DNA of 56,886 bases from an uncultured Nitrososphaerales archaeon (GCA_963709405.1 CAVPXM010000046.1:1-56886), one strand, 5' to 3'; positions 33,678 to 45,080 are shown, counted from the first letter of the stretch. The notes: a model not told the origin generated them from the sequence alone. Numbers and translations are program-made.

Positions 33678-33898
33678 AGACCAAGTTAACCCCATTTCGC
33701 CGCGCCCGATGTTGACGATCGCCGGCAGCGAAGAGGCTATCCAGAAGGCCCGAGCCCAAGGAACTGGATCTGGTTGAAGGCGCTACACATGTTGATCTAT
33801 ATGACAAGGAAAAATATGTCGGCCGGGCCGTCTAAAAACTGAGTAGCTTCTTCGTACAGTATCTAAGCAAGCCGCTGGATACGAAAGCTGGGACATAA
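33678..33898 (+). pseudogene. Alpha/beta hydrolase C-terminal remnant
   Basis: ISPRPMLTIAGSE...EPKELDLVEGATHVDLYDK, with indels and an internal stop. Confidence 0.65.
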
Positions 33899-34100
33899 AA
33901 TCACGCTGGTAAAGCTGATCTGAGCCTCCTTCGTTGTAGGATAATTTCCATTCCGGAGCTAGGGAAGGCTCGTGGGATGGCGCCTTGGCTGGTGTCGGTG
34001 TAACTTTGATCGTTCTCCAATATGTTTCAGGCATCAGTTCGTCAAGTTTTTTCAGGAGGCCAAAACAAGGCGAAGCTAAGCTAGCTGAGAACTATTCATC

Positions 34101-34619
34101 ATGCAGCTTATTACAAACTTGCTAGTTATTTTAAGAATGGCTGAACTCGGCTTAGTTGACTATTTTGTTATGGAAGAAGCAATTGGAATAGTTGCCACGT
34201 TATTTGTGTCATTTTATTATTCAAGAAAGCAAATGCAAAAGCTTTCAATTGATATAGAAACCAAAGTTTTAAGTGATTTGGATGAAAAAATCCACGGCCT
34301 TACCCAGATGGCAGTTGAAAAGCCAGTGTTAATAAAGATAGTCAGCAATGTTGAGTCAGACCTGACAGAAGAGATAGCATTTACATATCATCTTTTGTAT
34401 ACCTTTGCACATGCATATCATATGCACCAAAGAAAAGTAGTAAGCGACAATGAATGGACTGGATGGGTACGTATGATGAGAAGTTGTTTTGAACAGGGCA
34501 AGGTAAGGGAATATTGGGAAAGTGACCTTGAATTAGAGAAATGGTTCGACCCTGAATTTCAAGACTTTATTGATAACGAAATAGTTCGGAAGACAAGTCC
34601 AAAGCAGAAAATGTGGTAA
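34101..34619 (+). CDS. Hypothetical protein, N-terminal TM helix
   Basis: 172-aa ORF, IGIVATLFVSFYYSRKQ, C-terminal FDPEFQDFI. Confidence 0.7.
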   Translation: MQLITNLLVILRMAELGLVDYFVMEEAIGIVATLFVSFYYSRKQMQKLSIDIETKVLSDLDEKIHGLTQMAVEKPVLIKIVSNVESDLTEEIAFTYHLLYTFAHAYHMHQRKVVSDNEWTGWVRMMRSCFEQGKVREYWESDLELEKWFDPEFQDFIDNEIVRKTSPKQKMW

Positions 34620-34775
34620 GAGAATCAAATGTTGAATAGCATGACCGAAAAGGTGACAGAGAGGTTCATAGCCTGCTGCCCTTGTAGCCTAATCTGTCAG
34701 GGCCTCACCATAAGAAGCAGAGTAAATAGCAGTAGCACCGGTGTATATTCCATGAATAGTACTATGACGCTTTAA

Positions 34776-34826
34776 GGACGGGCAGAGTCTATCTATTCTG
34801 TTCCGTCCGCCCCTCTCTTCTTTTTA
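34776..34826 (+). terminator. GC-rich hairpin followed by pyrimidine/T tract
   Basis: GGACGGGCAGAGT-loop-ATTCTGTTCCGTCC then CTCTTCTTTTTT. Confidence 0.4.
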
Positions 34827-35424
34827 TATCTATAAAAGCAGACCAAATAATACACTACCAGTTGTGATATACCAGAATATATGTAGGAAGTCATAGCTAC
34901 CAAGAATATGCAATCAAGGAATCTGCTCATAGAACTGATATTGTCGTGCGTTCCTCTGTATTAGGACCGATGACAACTTCCTCACCTTACTATTCATCAT
35001 GGAATCAAAATTTTCAGTGATATCATTAATTTCCTGCTCGCTAGGCCACTTTATGCATCAACGTTGATGATAGGTTGACATCACAGCGGTTCATAAAAGC
35101 GTGTGTAGTAAATGTCGTTTGGGCCTCATAATAGCGCCAAAAATGTTCCTAATCCTCTTGGGCTACGTCATTTCCTGGACCACCGGCAAGACGATCATCT
35201 TCGTTACCACCACCACCACTTATGACATCTCTTCCATTACATCCATTTATCACGTCATCTACACAAAGGCCACTAATGATATCTGAGCTCGAATATCCTA
35301 ACACAGTTCATGAATGTGAATTTATAGAGGAAGATAATAAAATACTTGCAGCAAAGAATAAAATATATCGAAAATGTAAGGATGCAGAGAAGACAAATGA
35401 TATGTTGCACGAGGCTGGGCTGAA

Positions 35425-35592
35425 ATGAGACGATGTGTAAACTGTAACGCTATAATAACCAGTAATCCAAATTACATGCGTATTGAGGAGTTATTAGGCG
35501 AACCTATGGAGAAATGCTTAAGTTGCTTTATCGACTTCTTAAGTCATATCGAGTACTTGAACGGGGCTAAGCGTAAACATGACCATAAGTGA
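35425..35592 (+). CDS. Zinc-finger microprotein (55 aa), not in ORF track
   Basis: MRRCVNC...EKCLSCF; ATGA overlap with ORF 35222-35428. Confidence 0.6.
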   Translation: MRRCVNCNAIITSNPNYMRIEELLGEPMEKCLSCFIDFLSHIEYLNGAKRKHDHK

Positions 35593-35905
35593 CTCGAGCG
35601 GTTTTTGCTATAATTGCTGTGCCTAAATGAAAAAGGTGATCGAATCATTATTGCGCCCGGGATACCCGGGATAATCTTGTATTCTAATTACACTCCATTA
35701 TATCAATATTTTAGGTAACTATTGATGGAGTATGATCGTGGTAGGCGCTAATGTATCAGCACCATATTCCAAACTGTAGGCAACAGATCAATTTGCAATG
35801 GGTTATGCGGTTGCTGACGTGTGGTTTGATGTTGGACCCTAAACAACTAAGTGAGGAGCAATGGAAATCAATGTGAAAGGCCCTAGTATTTACTGTGGTG
35901 ACGAT

Positions 35906-36033
35906 GGCGCGCCTGCTCATGTTCCCAGTTATTAACGGATTCAGCTATACATATAGAAGACACAGGCAAAATCAGCTCGATAACTGAGTTCGTTTATGAT
36001 GATCCAAGTATGACTAATGTACCACTTCCAGAA
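35906..36033 (+). repeat. Dispersed GGCGCGC repeat, long copy
   Basis: Colinear with 39289-39413: GGCGCGCCTGCT, TTCCCAGTTA, CTATACATATA, GATGATCCAAGTATG, CTTCCAGAA. Confidence 0.85.
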
Positions 36034-36523
36034 CATGATTTAGACCAAGCCCATGTCATCCCATCATAGCTATAAAGCAGGGATACTATTACTAAAATGT
36101 ATCAACTAGATTATGCAAATTCGTAACTCTAATAATTTCTGTTTTTCTCAATACAATCATCACGAAATAATATTTTTAATTTTATCATGTAGTTCACTAA
36201 GTATAGAAGATATCTTGCTCTCATTATTAATCCCCATAACCTTTTTCATTTCTTCAATCTGATATTCCCATACCGATTTGGCTGGCATTCCATTATCTAA
36301 CGTTGATCTTCTAATTGCGATATGAGAGAAATTTTGATCCTTACTTCTTGAACCATGACAATGAAGTACAATTTCGTGGGATGCAGACAGTGTCCCCTAC
36401 TCTATCTAGAAAAATCGGCTTGCTAATATTAAATTCTAGATCATTATTTGTTTCAGAACCTTCACTCTTCTCTATAAGAACAACAAAGCCTCTTCCTATA
36501 TCTTGCAAGGGAGTATGTTCTGG

Positions 36524-37099
36524 TTATCTAATCCAAGATCCAAATATTGCACCCCATATCAAGTGAAATGCAATTGCAACTAATGTAATATTTCTAATGG
36601 ACAAATTAATGTCTTCAGATACTAGTACCTTCTGCGATTGCATAGCCAACATAGTAGTGATGGAATTAATAGCCGGTTGAACCAGGAACGTCGTTATCGG
36701 AAGGAACAATACTAGCCATACTAAAATACCTGCTCCCGTGCCAACCAATGCACTCTTGTACGGATTGAGCATACGCACCTTTTTCCATCTGATGCCAATG
36801 ATACCAAGTATAGCCCCTATCATAGTTCCAATCAAAAGATGAAGACCAAAAGCTGCAGAGGTAGCAACTGTGATATCATTTATTCCTAAGCTAATGCCCA
36901 TAATCGAGTAAAATGTACCAATATTTAATCCAAGTAATATTTCAGTTACGGCGATCACTGAAGATATGGACCAAGTTGCTATAAAACCAGCAAAGGCTCC
37001 ATACTTTAATCCTTTGAAGGTAACCATTAGTTGGTTCCTATTATTATTACCCATGCTCTTATTTTTTGGGATGGAGAGCACTTGCAATCTTATGTGCAT
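36524..37099 (-). CDS. Multi-pass membrane protein
   Basis: Four hydrophobic segments, LHLLIG and FHLIWGAIFG; 3' end probably frameshifted. Confidence 0.7.
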   Translation of the reverse strand: MHIRLQVLSIPKNKSMGNNNRNQLMVTFKGLKYGAFAGFIATWSISSVIAVTEILLGLNIGTFYSIMGISLGINDITVATSAAFGLHLLIGTMIGAILGIIGIRWKKVRMLNPYKSALVGTGAGILVWLVLFLPITTFLVQPAINSITTMLAMQSQKVLVSEDINLSIRNITLVAIAFHLIWGAIFGSWIR

Positions 37100-37487
37100 A
37101 ATGTATATAAGCTATCATAACAATCATTACTGATTTTTCTGTATGCTAGCTTATGACGATGCGGCTCAGATTACTACTCCCTCTGTATCACTGAGCATAC
37201 TTAGCACCATTTAAGGAATGAATCACCTATCAAGGAGAGAGGGATTGTCAATAGCCAACTATCTTTTTTTCTATGTTAGCTTTCAAATTGCTATTCGGAT
37301 TAAAAAATGCACTAGAGGAGAAACGTGAAGTAAATATGAATTATTATGTTTTTTTCTTTTCGACATCAATTATCGATGCTATCGTTATTAGATCATATTG
37401 ATAAAAATAAAAGATGTGGTTAGTTGAGATGATATCTTTTTTTCTACTGTGCGCTAATTTTATGATGTCGTGTTGCCGCCAATTTGG

Positions 37488-37715
37488 TTAATAACGATTA
37501 CCGCCACTAGTACCAGTTGTGCTACCACCGGCTGCTGCGCCGCCGCTAGTTGAGTTGCTACTAGTCTGGTTACTACTACTACTACCACCGCCTCCACTGG
37601 TCTGGTTACCCTGTGCTGATGCTTGTTGTTGTACAAAGCTAATAGCGAATACAGATGCAACCACTAAGGACGAAATAACTATTGCATATAGTGCTGTAGT
37701 ATGTTTGTTGAACAT
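37488..37715 (-). CDS. Small secreted Gly/Ser-rich protein
   Basis: Signal peptide ending QQQASA, then low-complexity tail. Confidence 0.6.
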   Translation of the reverse strand: MFNKHTTALYAIVISSLVVASVFAISFVQQQASAQGNQTSGGGGSSSSNQTSSNSTSGGAAAGGSTTGTSGGNRY

Positions 37716-38374
37716 CGCAAACAGATTGTATCCACCACATTTATATTTTTTAGGTTCACACAACCTTGGACCCAAATCAATCCATTGATTTATTTAGACC
37801 AGCTTATACAATAATTAGAATCTCGAACGACCTTTAAGCAAAAACTAGAGCAGGACCACTGCTGATAGATGTACATAGACAATGATGACAAAAATTATGT
37901 GCATTTCTATAATGAGGCGCGCGTCGGATACCCAATTCTATAAATAAGAATTATTTCATAGAATAATAACGTAGTTCATTTCTGAAATATGGACGCTTCG
38001 TCAATTGCAAATCACGGTGAGGTTATATTTACGAATTACAGGATACTGACCATCATATTCTCTCAATGGCTGCATTTTAGGTGAAATCAAAAAATGTAGT
38101 GATGATGATGTAATACCATAATTCATAATACAGAATCCAATATAGTACTATGGATACCCTGACGTCTATGACGGTGAGTTCTGGCAATTTGAAGAGAGAT
38201 TTTAGTTATCAGTACCTGACGGGAGATTGCTGGACGACATGAATCGCATGCGTTAAGACCACCTAATACCTGACCTTCGTGAATGTACTCGTGTAGTTCG
38301 TTGAACAGCCAGCCAGATTCACACGTGAAGAAAGGTTTTAAATCCTGAATCCACATATAATTAGTGTCAGTTAA

Positions 38375-38638
38375 ATGAACTTTACTCCTACATCGGGTAC
38401 ATTTTGGGTTACTTGTAATAAACACGCATGTAAAGAATTAATTAAAAGATCCAAGTCAATAGAAGGTGTTGTTTATGCGTTTATGGTGGAGAAAAAAACA
38501 GATAACGATCCAGACGTTATTATCAAGTTGACTGGCGTAAATGAGCAACAGATTGTATCGGCACGGAATATTATCAGTGGAATCAAAGGTGTAGTGCAGG
38601 TTACCCCCGAATTAGGCCAATCCTTAATGTTTAAATGA
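38375..38638 (+). CDS. Lrp/AsnC ligand-binding (RAM)-like domain protein
   Basis: IEGVVYAF...DVIIKL...ISGIKGVVQ pattern. Confidence 0.6.
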   Translation: MNFTPTSGTFWVTCNKHACKELIKRSKSIEGVVYAFMVEKKTDNDPDVIIKLTGVNEQQIVSARNIISGIKGVVQVTPELGQSLMFK

Positions 38639-38669
38639 TTTATTATAAGAAATTCGCAATTATAGACGA

Positions 38670-39134
38670 ATGCATATTCCGGTAGAAATAAACATAACTT
38701 GTAACAGAGGAAATACGAATAAAATTAAAGAATTTCTTTCACCAAACAAACTTATTTATGTTATAGACATTAGCGATACAGCTCCAGATAATCAAGAAGA
38801 GACCACATTAGATATCTCGGGCATTATTTTTGATGATCAAGATTTGACAATAATCGAAAAACAGTTAATGTTTTATGGTCGAGTGAGCTCGAGAAAAGAA
38901 AAAATGAAACTTTTTACCCAAAACACAATTTTAAGCAGTCTAGTGGTGGCGGGCATTGTATTTATCGCCCTCCTCGCCCATAATTTTAATGAAGAATTCT
39001 ACCATGAAATCTTTGTTACACATGACATTGAGGCAGTTTTAATAACCACCTTGATCGTTGGAAGTTCTGCAGCCGCAGGTTTCTTGTTAGAAATGCTGAT
39101 AATCTATCGTGAGAGAAAGGATATTCATCACTGA
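38670..39134 (+). CDS. Hypothetical membrane protein (2 C-terminal TM)
   Basis: 154-aa ORF co-oriented with the RAM gene. Confidence 0.6.
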   Translation: MHIPVEINITCNRGNTNKIKEFLSPNKLIYVIDISDTAPDNQEETTLDISGIIFDDQDLTIIEKQLMFYGRVSSRKEKMKLFTQNTILSSLVVAGIVFIALLAHNFNEEFYHEIFVTHDIEAVLITTLIVGSSAAAGFLLEMLIIYRERKDIHH

Positions 39135-39288
39135 GATATGCTGCTCTATTCCATCTCCACTCTTATTACCACCCGCTTGGATCCTGTTTAAATTACTAGA
39201 ACTACGGTTTGCATTTGTACATACGAAAAAAATGAAAAGCCATGCCAAATCAGTAGCAGTACGGTTGGAAAGATGACTGGATATTGAG

Positions 39289-39413
39289 GGCGCGCCTGCT
39301 GATATTCCCAGTTACCAACCAAATCATCTATACATATACAAGACAAGACCAGTATGAGCTCAAACAGTTTCTTTTACGATGATCCAAGTATGCCATATGC
39401 ACCGCTTCCAGAA
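39289..39413 (+). repeat. Dispersed GGCGCGC repeat, long copy
   Basis: Colinear with 35906-36033. Confidence 0.85.
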
Positions 39414-39552
39414 TACAACCTCATCAGACGCTCACATTTATTAAGTCGAAATTACTCAAATTGAGGACAGTATATTAGGTGATAAAATTATCGGATATGA
39501 AAGGTTTCATGAAGTTTAGATACAAGTATTATCAATTAGCATTATAATATAT

Positions 39553-40445
39553 ATGCAACTTAAAGCAAAAGAGAGCCTATCAAACTTGAACCACACGGAA
39601 CTCTCTATGATGCTCGCAACAGCATGGTAAAATATAATATTAGCAGAGTTGTAATTGCAGACAAGCATAACAAAGCTGTGGGAATAATCACAGAAAAAGA
39701 CATTTCTCGATTCTTATATCAAGAAGTTCCAAATAGACATCTCAATGAATTTCGACTAGACGAAGTGATGAGTAAGAATTTGATAACTGTAACAGAAGAC
39801 CAAGATGTCAGCTCTTGTGCAAAGTTAATGTTACAGAATGATATCAGCTCTATAATTGTTGTCAATAATGAAAAAAATGATAATTATAGTTACCTAACAG
39901 GTATTTTTACTAAAAGCGATTTAGTTGAAGTATATGCAAGACAATACATAGGAAAGAATTCAGTAGCACAATACATGGCTAAAAGAGTCTTTACGGTAGC
40001 ACCTGATGAGACTATACATATGGCTCTTATGCTAATGATCACTAATAAAGTATCGAGGGTTGTTGTGGTAACAAGAAATAACAAAGCTGTGGGAATAATT
40101 AGTGGGCATGATTTGCTTCCAGTTAGTTCATTATTTGGGACTGGCATAAATGGAAGTTATTGGACAACTCAAGAAAAATCCATAGCCAAAAGAAAGGAAC
40201 AAATGTTTATACCATCTGGAATAAAAGAAATGTTTTTGGCCAGAGATGTAATGACATATGATCCAATAGTTATCACAAAAGACTCAGATTTGGCTGAAGC
40301 TGCTCATATAATGATGAGACATAGTATAAGTGGCATACCAGTTATTGATTCATGGACCGATTTAGCAGGCATAATAACGAAGACTGATATAATAAGAGCA
40401 CTAGCTGGTTCTTATAACACTCTAATTAAAGACAAATTCGAATAG
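39553..40445 (+). CDS. Four-CBS-domain protein, 5' end disrupted
   Basis: GIITEKD, GIFTKSD, GIISGHD, GIITKTD; ATG 39553 out of frame. Confidence 0.9.
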
Positions 40446-40529
40446 TAGTAGGGAGATACATATAGTTAATTCTAATGCTCTGTTGCATGATTTGTCATGA
40501 TTAGTTTGTGTAAGGCGATGGTTATATCA

Positions 40530-41120
40530 TTCAATTGAACTTGTTATAAAGAGTTGCTTTTAGAAAGATTTCCTTTACCATATTAGGAAATCTTTCTAGC
40601 TGTTACATGCTCACCAAACATTCTTTTAATAGATGAAAAGACAGTTTTTGCTATCCATCTATGCCCATAGCTCACGCTACGCTTCCATCTTTTGAGGTTT
40701 GTCTGTTGCCTTATTACGGACATATTTCTAGCATGACAGTTAGTTGTCTTGATCTTGGAATTAATTACTTCTTGTCTTTATACCAGGTTTAATGTGGTTC
40801 TTTGATAGATATCTAAAATTGTTATTGCTATCGTACATACCATCTGTTAATACACCCTTCAGATTATTATTTTCAGAAGCATTTGTCTATTAACTAACTT
40901 CTTTTAGCATCTAACCCTCTGACTCTCATGTACCTCTTCACTTGTTACCTCCAAAGATGGGATTTTTTCTTCGTGATGTCAACTGCTATATGCATCTTTA
41001 GAATCTTTTCTAACAGGCCATTTGTGCCGCATCCAGTCTCCTCGATTAGTTACTTTAATGCCAGTGCTGTCTAAAGCAATCGGAATATCGTTTCCTAATT
41101 TTTCATTGATTCTTATCTAT
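40530..41120 (-). mobile_element. IS5-family (IS903/ISH1-like) transposase remnant
   Basis: IALDSTGIKVTNRGDWMRHKW, EVTSEEVH, YGHRWIAKTVFSSIKRMFGE with many frameshifts. Confidence 0.85.
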
Positions 41121-41181
41121 AGTCTGTTTGTTGCTCAGTTATGATATAGCTCAACGAGTAAGCCAAACTGAGACTGGCCTT

Positions 41182-41346
41182 TTATCTGTTCGGAATACAA
41201 ACGGTTCCTCCTGCTGTACCCCAAGAACTACACAATGTGATTCCTAATCCTGTTGCAGAAGCTTGGGTGTTCAAATTAGTTGAGATCACAATAAATCCTA
41301 GTGCTGTGACGATTGCAAAGATTGTCAATATTGTTTTTGTATTCAT
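41182..41346 (-). CDS. Small secreted peptide with a Cys pair (54 aa)
   Basis: Signal peptide ending QASA; mature TGLGITLCSSWGTAGGTVCIPNR. Confidence 0.6.
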   Translation of the reverse strand: MNTKTILTIFAIVTALGFIVISTNLNTQASATGLGITLCSSWGTAGGTVCIPNR

Positions 41347-41371
41347 TAATAATATATAGGCTATAGTTAAT

Positions 41372-42404
41372 TGTTGTACTTGCACGGATAGGTTACATTT
41401 CTAATTACCTACATGGGTTACACTTTTCTGTTTAGTTCTCGTATGTGTACTGGATGTAATTAACCTTTGTAGGAACATCTCCGATGGAGTAAGACCATTT
41501 ATGCCTCCATGTTCTCTGGTTTCGTTATATGCTTTAACAAACATGTCGTATCTTTGTTTACCATCATCTATGTTTGGTATATCTTCTAATGCTATGAATT
41601 CACTCTTTACAATCTTGTTATATGCTTCTACTTTGCCCTGTAACTGCGGATATGATTTTGGTATTTGCTTATCTTTTATCCGATTATGTATAAGGAAATG
41701 TCTGAATATTCTGGATGTAAACTGTTTACCGTTATCATGCATCATCATCTTAGGCTTACCATTAATCATTATCCAGTCCTCTAATACATTAAGAACATCC
41801 ACTGACCTCTTTCTTTCGGACCACTTGCTAGCTACCTTCCTAGAACAATCATCTAAGCAACTAATGATGTAATTCCTTTGACTGGAATTACTCAGATAGA
41901 AAGGGCCAAGGATATCCACTTGCACCATATCATTTGGATGCTTCATGACAAACCGTTTGTAAGTTCTTGCTTTGGCCTTACACATGAGGATATTAAGACA
42001 ATGTCTCTTTAGTATCTTGTATATAGTTCGGGTGCTTAATGAGATTCCAATGATTCTTTTTAGTCGAAACTTGATCCTATTACATCCAAATCTCTTAGTT
42101 AATCGTAGATCAAGTATAGTCTCTTCTACTTCTGGTGTTACCTTCCTGTAGTTGATTTTATGAGGCCTTCTGAAGTTATCTGATAGGCCTTCTATCCCTT
42201 TCTGCTTGTATCTATTATTCCACTTGTAGTAAGTCTTTCTGGATACACCATATCTCTTACAAATATTACATATGGTATCGCCAGTCCATTCTTTTTCGTG
42301 TATTAGATTAAACCTTGTTCTGATTTCTATATGGATTCACTTCCCGACAGAAGTGTAACCCATGTCTGTAAGCTATAATGTCACCTATGTCAGTAAGTAC
42401 AACA
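41372..42404 (-). mobile_element. IS481-family element
   Basis: TGT...ACA ends, ~28-bp imperfect IR starting TGTTGTACTT, second perfect 15-bp IR pair at 41411-41425 / 42351-42365. Confidence 0.9.
41401..42340 (-). CDS. IS481 transposase (HTH + rve), start GTG one base out of frame
   Basis: GVSRKTYYKW, VQVDI, DDCSR, HDNGKQF, PQLQGKVEAYN; frame open ~115 codons upstream of the called ORF. Confidence 0.9.
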
Positions 42405-42462
42405 CCTAACTATCAGTGATAGCGTGATATCACTTATATAATAGCAAGTACTATAACTTTTA

Positions 42463-43122
42463 ATGGTACATGATTTAATAATACGCGGCTTTGATGATGG
42501 TATTCATTCTCAGCTAGGAGATTTATCAAGACAAAAAGGCATTTCCATAAACTCTATTGTAAAGGATGCTGTAGATAAGTGGCTAAAACAGCAAAAAGTG
42601 ATACCAAAACGACATCATCTTCTTATCTATGATAATGAGGAGTCTATGAGGTCCTTGTTAAAATCTATAGATGAATTGGCAAAGAAAGGCGAATGGTTTA
42701 GATGTTTTGTCCGATCGTCTGATTCTTCAATTACGGATTTATTAGAAAAGCTAAACTGGTTTGATGGTACGACAGTATCATATAAACATTCACAAAAGGA
42801 TTTAATGAAATACTTTAACAGTATAATACAAAATATTTTAAAAAATTCTAGGAATAAAGAGGTATGTTGTGTGGACTTCCTTATCAATGATATAGCTAAT
42901 TCCTCGATAAAGGACGCAATTAAAGTTGAAAAAGTATATAATGAAAATAGATTAGAAGGCATCGTGTTTTGTGCTTATAATACAAATAACCTTTTGAGTG
43001 CATCTATAGCAGATATGATAGAAATATTTGATCTACACGAACAAATATTTATTATCAAGGATGAGCAGGTATACAAATTACATGTAACCAAAGAAAATGT
43101 ACATAAATTATTTTTAAGTTGA
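42463..43122 (+). CDS. Ribbon-helix-helix plus MEDS-like domain regulator
   Basis: DLIIRGFDD...GISINSIVKDAVDKW; HLLIYDN...VFCAY...LHEQIF. Confidence 0.6.
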   Translation: MVHDLIIRGFDDGIHSQLGDLSRQKGISINSIVKDAVDKWLKQQKVIPKRHHLLIYDNEESMRSLLKSIDELAKKGEWFRCFVRSSDSSITDLLEKLNWFDGTTVSYKHSQKDLMKYFNSIIQNILKNSRNKEVCCVDFLINDIANSSIKDAIKVEKVYNENRLEGIVFCAYNTNNLLSASIADMIEIFDLHEQIFIIKDEQVYKLHVTKENVHKLFLS

Positions 43123-43186
43123 TTACATATTGATAGTTTGCAAATAAAATCATTAGATTATTACCCTATATGAATGTCTTTCAGTG

Positions 43187-43867
43187 GCTCTGTAAAGTTA
43201 AGGAAAAGCTAAAGGTTTCTTTCTCGTTTTCTATATGTGGTATACCAAGTAAGAAAGAGAACGGAACTTGAAGACATAGTATATGCTTTGCATCTTTATT
43301 TTAATGGTCTTTCGTTAAGAAATACTAAGGCCATATCCAAATTTGTTACAAGAAGCCATACTGCCATAAGAGATTGGATTCAAAAGTATAATCCTAAAAG
43401 ATTGTTCTATAGGAAGACCAAGATATTCGAATTCATACTCGACGAAACCCAAATCAAAGTTGGTTCTGAGTTAATTAATTTGGCTTTGGGTTGCTATAGA
43501 GCCTGAAAGTAAGGAGCCTGAAAGTAAGGAGGTTCTAAGATTGAATATATCAAAAGAGAGAAATATGTTTGTGGCAGAGCGATTTCTATCGAACGATAAA
43601 AGAATATGGAGAACATCCGGTTTCTACTGATTGCTGTGCTTGGTATCCACAAGCCTGTCAATTCTTGAAACTAAATCATCACATCCATTCTTCATATGAG
43701 AAAAGTATCATAGAAATGACGATACAGTACATAAAGGATAGAACTGAATGTTTTGATGACTATTTTCCATGTAGAAAGAAAAATTGCAAGCTGAAGCACG
43801 TACAAAAATGGTTAAATCTATTTGCATATTATTATAACAAGGAGAAAATATCTTAACTTTACAGAGC
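43187..43867 (+). mobile_element. IS6-family element, frameshifted transposase
   Basis: Perfect 16-bp IR GCTCTGTAAAGTTAAG / CTTAACTTTACAGAGC; LYFNGLSLR, LDETQIKVG, VSTD, IKDRTECFDDYF; internal 15-bp duplication at 43499-43528. Confidence 0.92.
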
Positions 43868-44380
43868 TGTTCCAACTATTCCGATTGTTTGGGCTATGCT
43901 CAGCATTTCAGAAAATCCAATACCTTCTGTCATACGCTGAATAATATATCGATAATAATAGTTGTTTAATGCCAACTTATTTCAATATGGATTGATAGGC
44001 ACGCCAAATCTACTATACGAGTCTTCCTCCTGTTGAAACTGTTCATAGGCATTTAGAATCGATCTTATAATTTAAATTATCATGTTTGAGAAACTATCTA
44101 AATATTTTTAGATCTGACCTCTTGAATTGAAACATAACTTAATTCTATAATTCACAATACATCTGCAGAAATAGATGGCATCAATTATAATTAGGTACAG
44201 TGATTTTGCACATCATATCTGGATCAAGTCAATATAACATTTATTGATTATATTCTATAAAAGAAATTGTCATACTTTAGCACGAAATTATCCCCATTAC
44301 AGAATTCGTGCGGAAAAGTGCATGAATAGAAAAAATTTATTCCAGTGATAACTTTTCTATCGTAATAGTTACACTTTATC

Positions 44381-44707
44381 TTAATACAATTTATTGATAG
44401 TGTCAGCTAATTTGATATCATACGTACTTATTCCTCCAAGATCATGGGTCATTAATTCAATCTTTACACGATCATAAACATTAAACCATTCTGGATGATG
44501 ATTCATTTTTTCTGCTTCCATAGCAACTTTTGTCATAAAACCGAATGCTTGTACAAAATTCTTAAATTGAAACTCTTTACTAATCTTTCCACTCTCAGTG
44601 GTATTCCATCCTTGAATCTTGGTGACTTCTGTTTCTATTTCGTTTTGGGATAACTTTCTATACTCTATCTCTTTTAAACCATGAGCCATTCTTATTATTA
44701 CGTCCAT
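44381..44707 (-). CDS. Pterin-4-alpha-carbinolamine dehydratase
   Basis: [33 protein letters not shown]. Confidence 0.95.
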   Translation of the reverse strand: MDVIIRMAHGLKEIEYRKLSQNEIETEVTKIQGWNTTESGKISKEFQFKNFVQAFGFMTKVAMEAEKMNHHPEWFNVYDRVKIELMTHDLGGISTYDIKLADTINKLY

Positions 44708-44714
44708 ATGATGT

Positions 44715-44906
44715 TTATCTGACTCCTACTATCGACCAGACGTTAATGAAATCTTGACAGAATATCTCAAGGCCGTTGACTTGTTAACAATAAACGATGA
44801 AAATAGACTGCGTAGAAAGATTCAGGTTCTAGAAGTCAAAGCGGACAAAATAGAAGAGCTGCAACGAACGATAGACGATGTAAAGAATAAGTTGGGTTTA
44901 ACCTAG
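44715..44906 (+). pseudogene. Tyrosine integrase C-terminal remnant
   Basis: [36 protein letters not shown] plus coiled coil, recalled as the tail of thaumarchaeal integrases. Confidence 0.7.
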
Positions 44907-45080
44907 GCCGGATAATGTAACCTAGCTAGACTAATGATTTTGATAAAGTTTAGCCGTATTATATTTCTGTGAAGATGTCTATATATCGACTAAATACTAA
45001 ATACTAAATACGAGTGAAAATATTTATGCACATATTAAATGATATCCAATATTTGTCAAAAAGCGATAGACAAAAACCCT

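Noticed and set aside
33783-34034. 83-aa minus-strand ORF
   Set aside because: Partly antisense to a recognisable hydrolase remnant and has no motif of its own.
41372-42404. Tn7-like ends (TGT...ACA with internal repeats)
   Set aside because: A 1-kb single-transposase element; these ends are normal for IS481.
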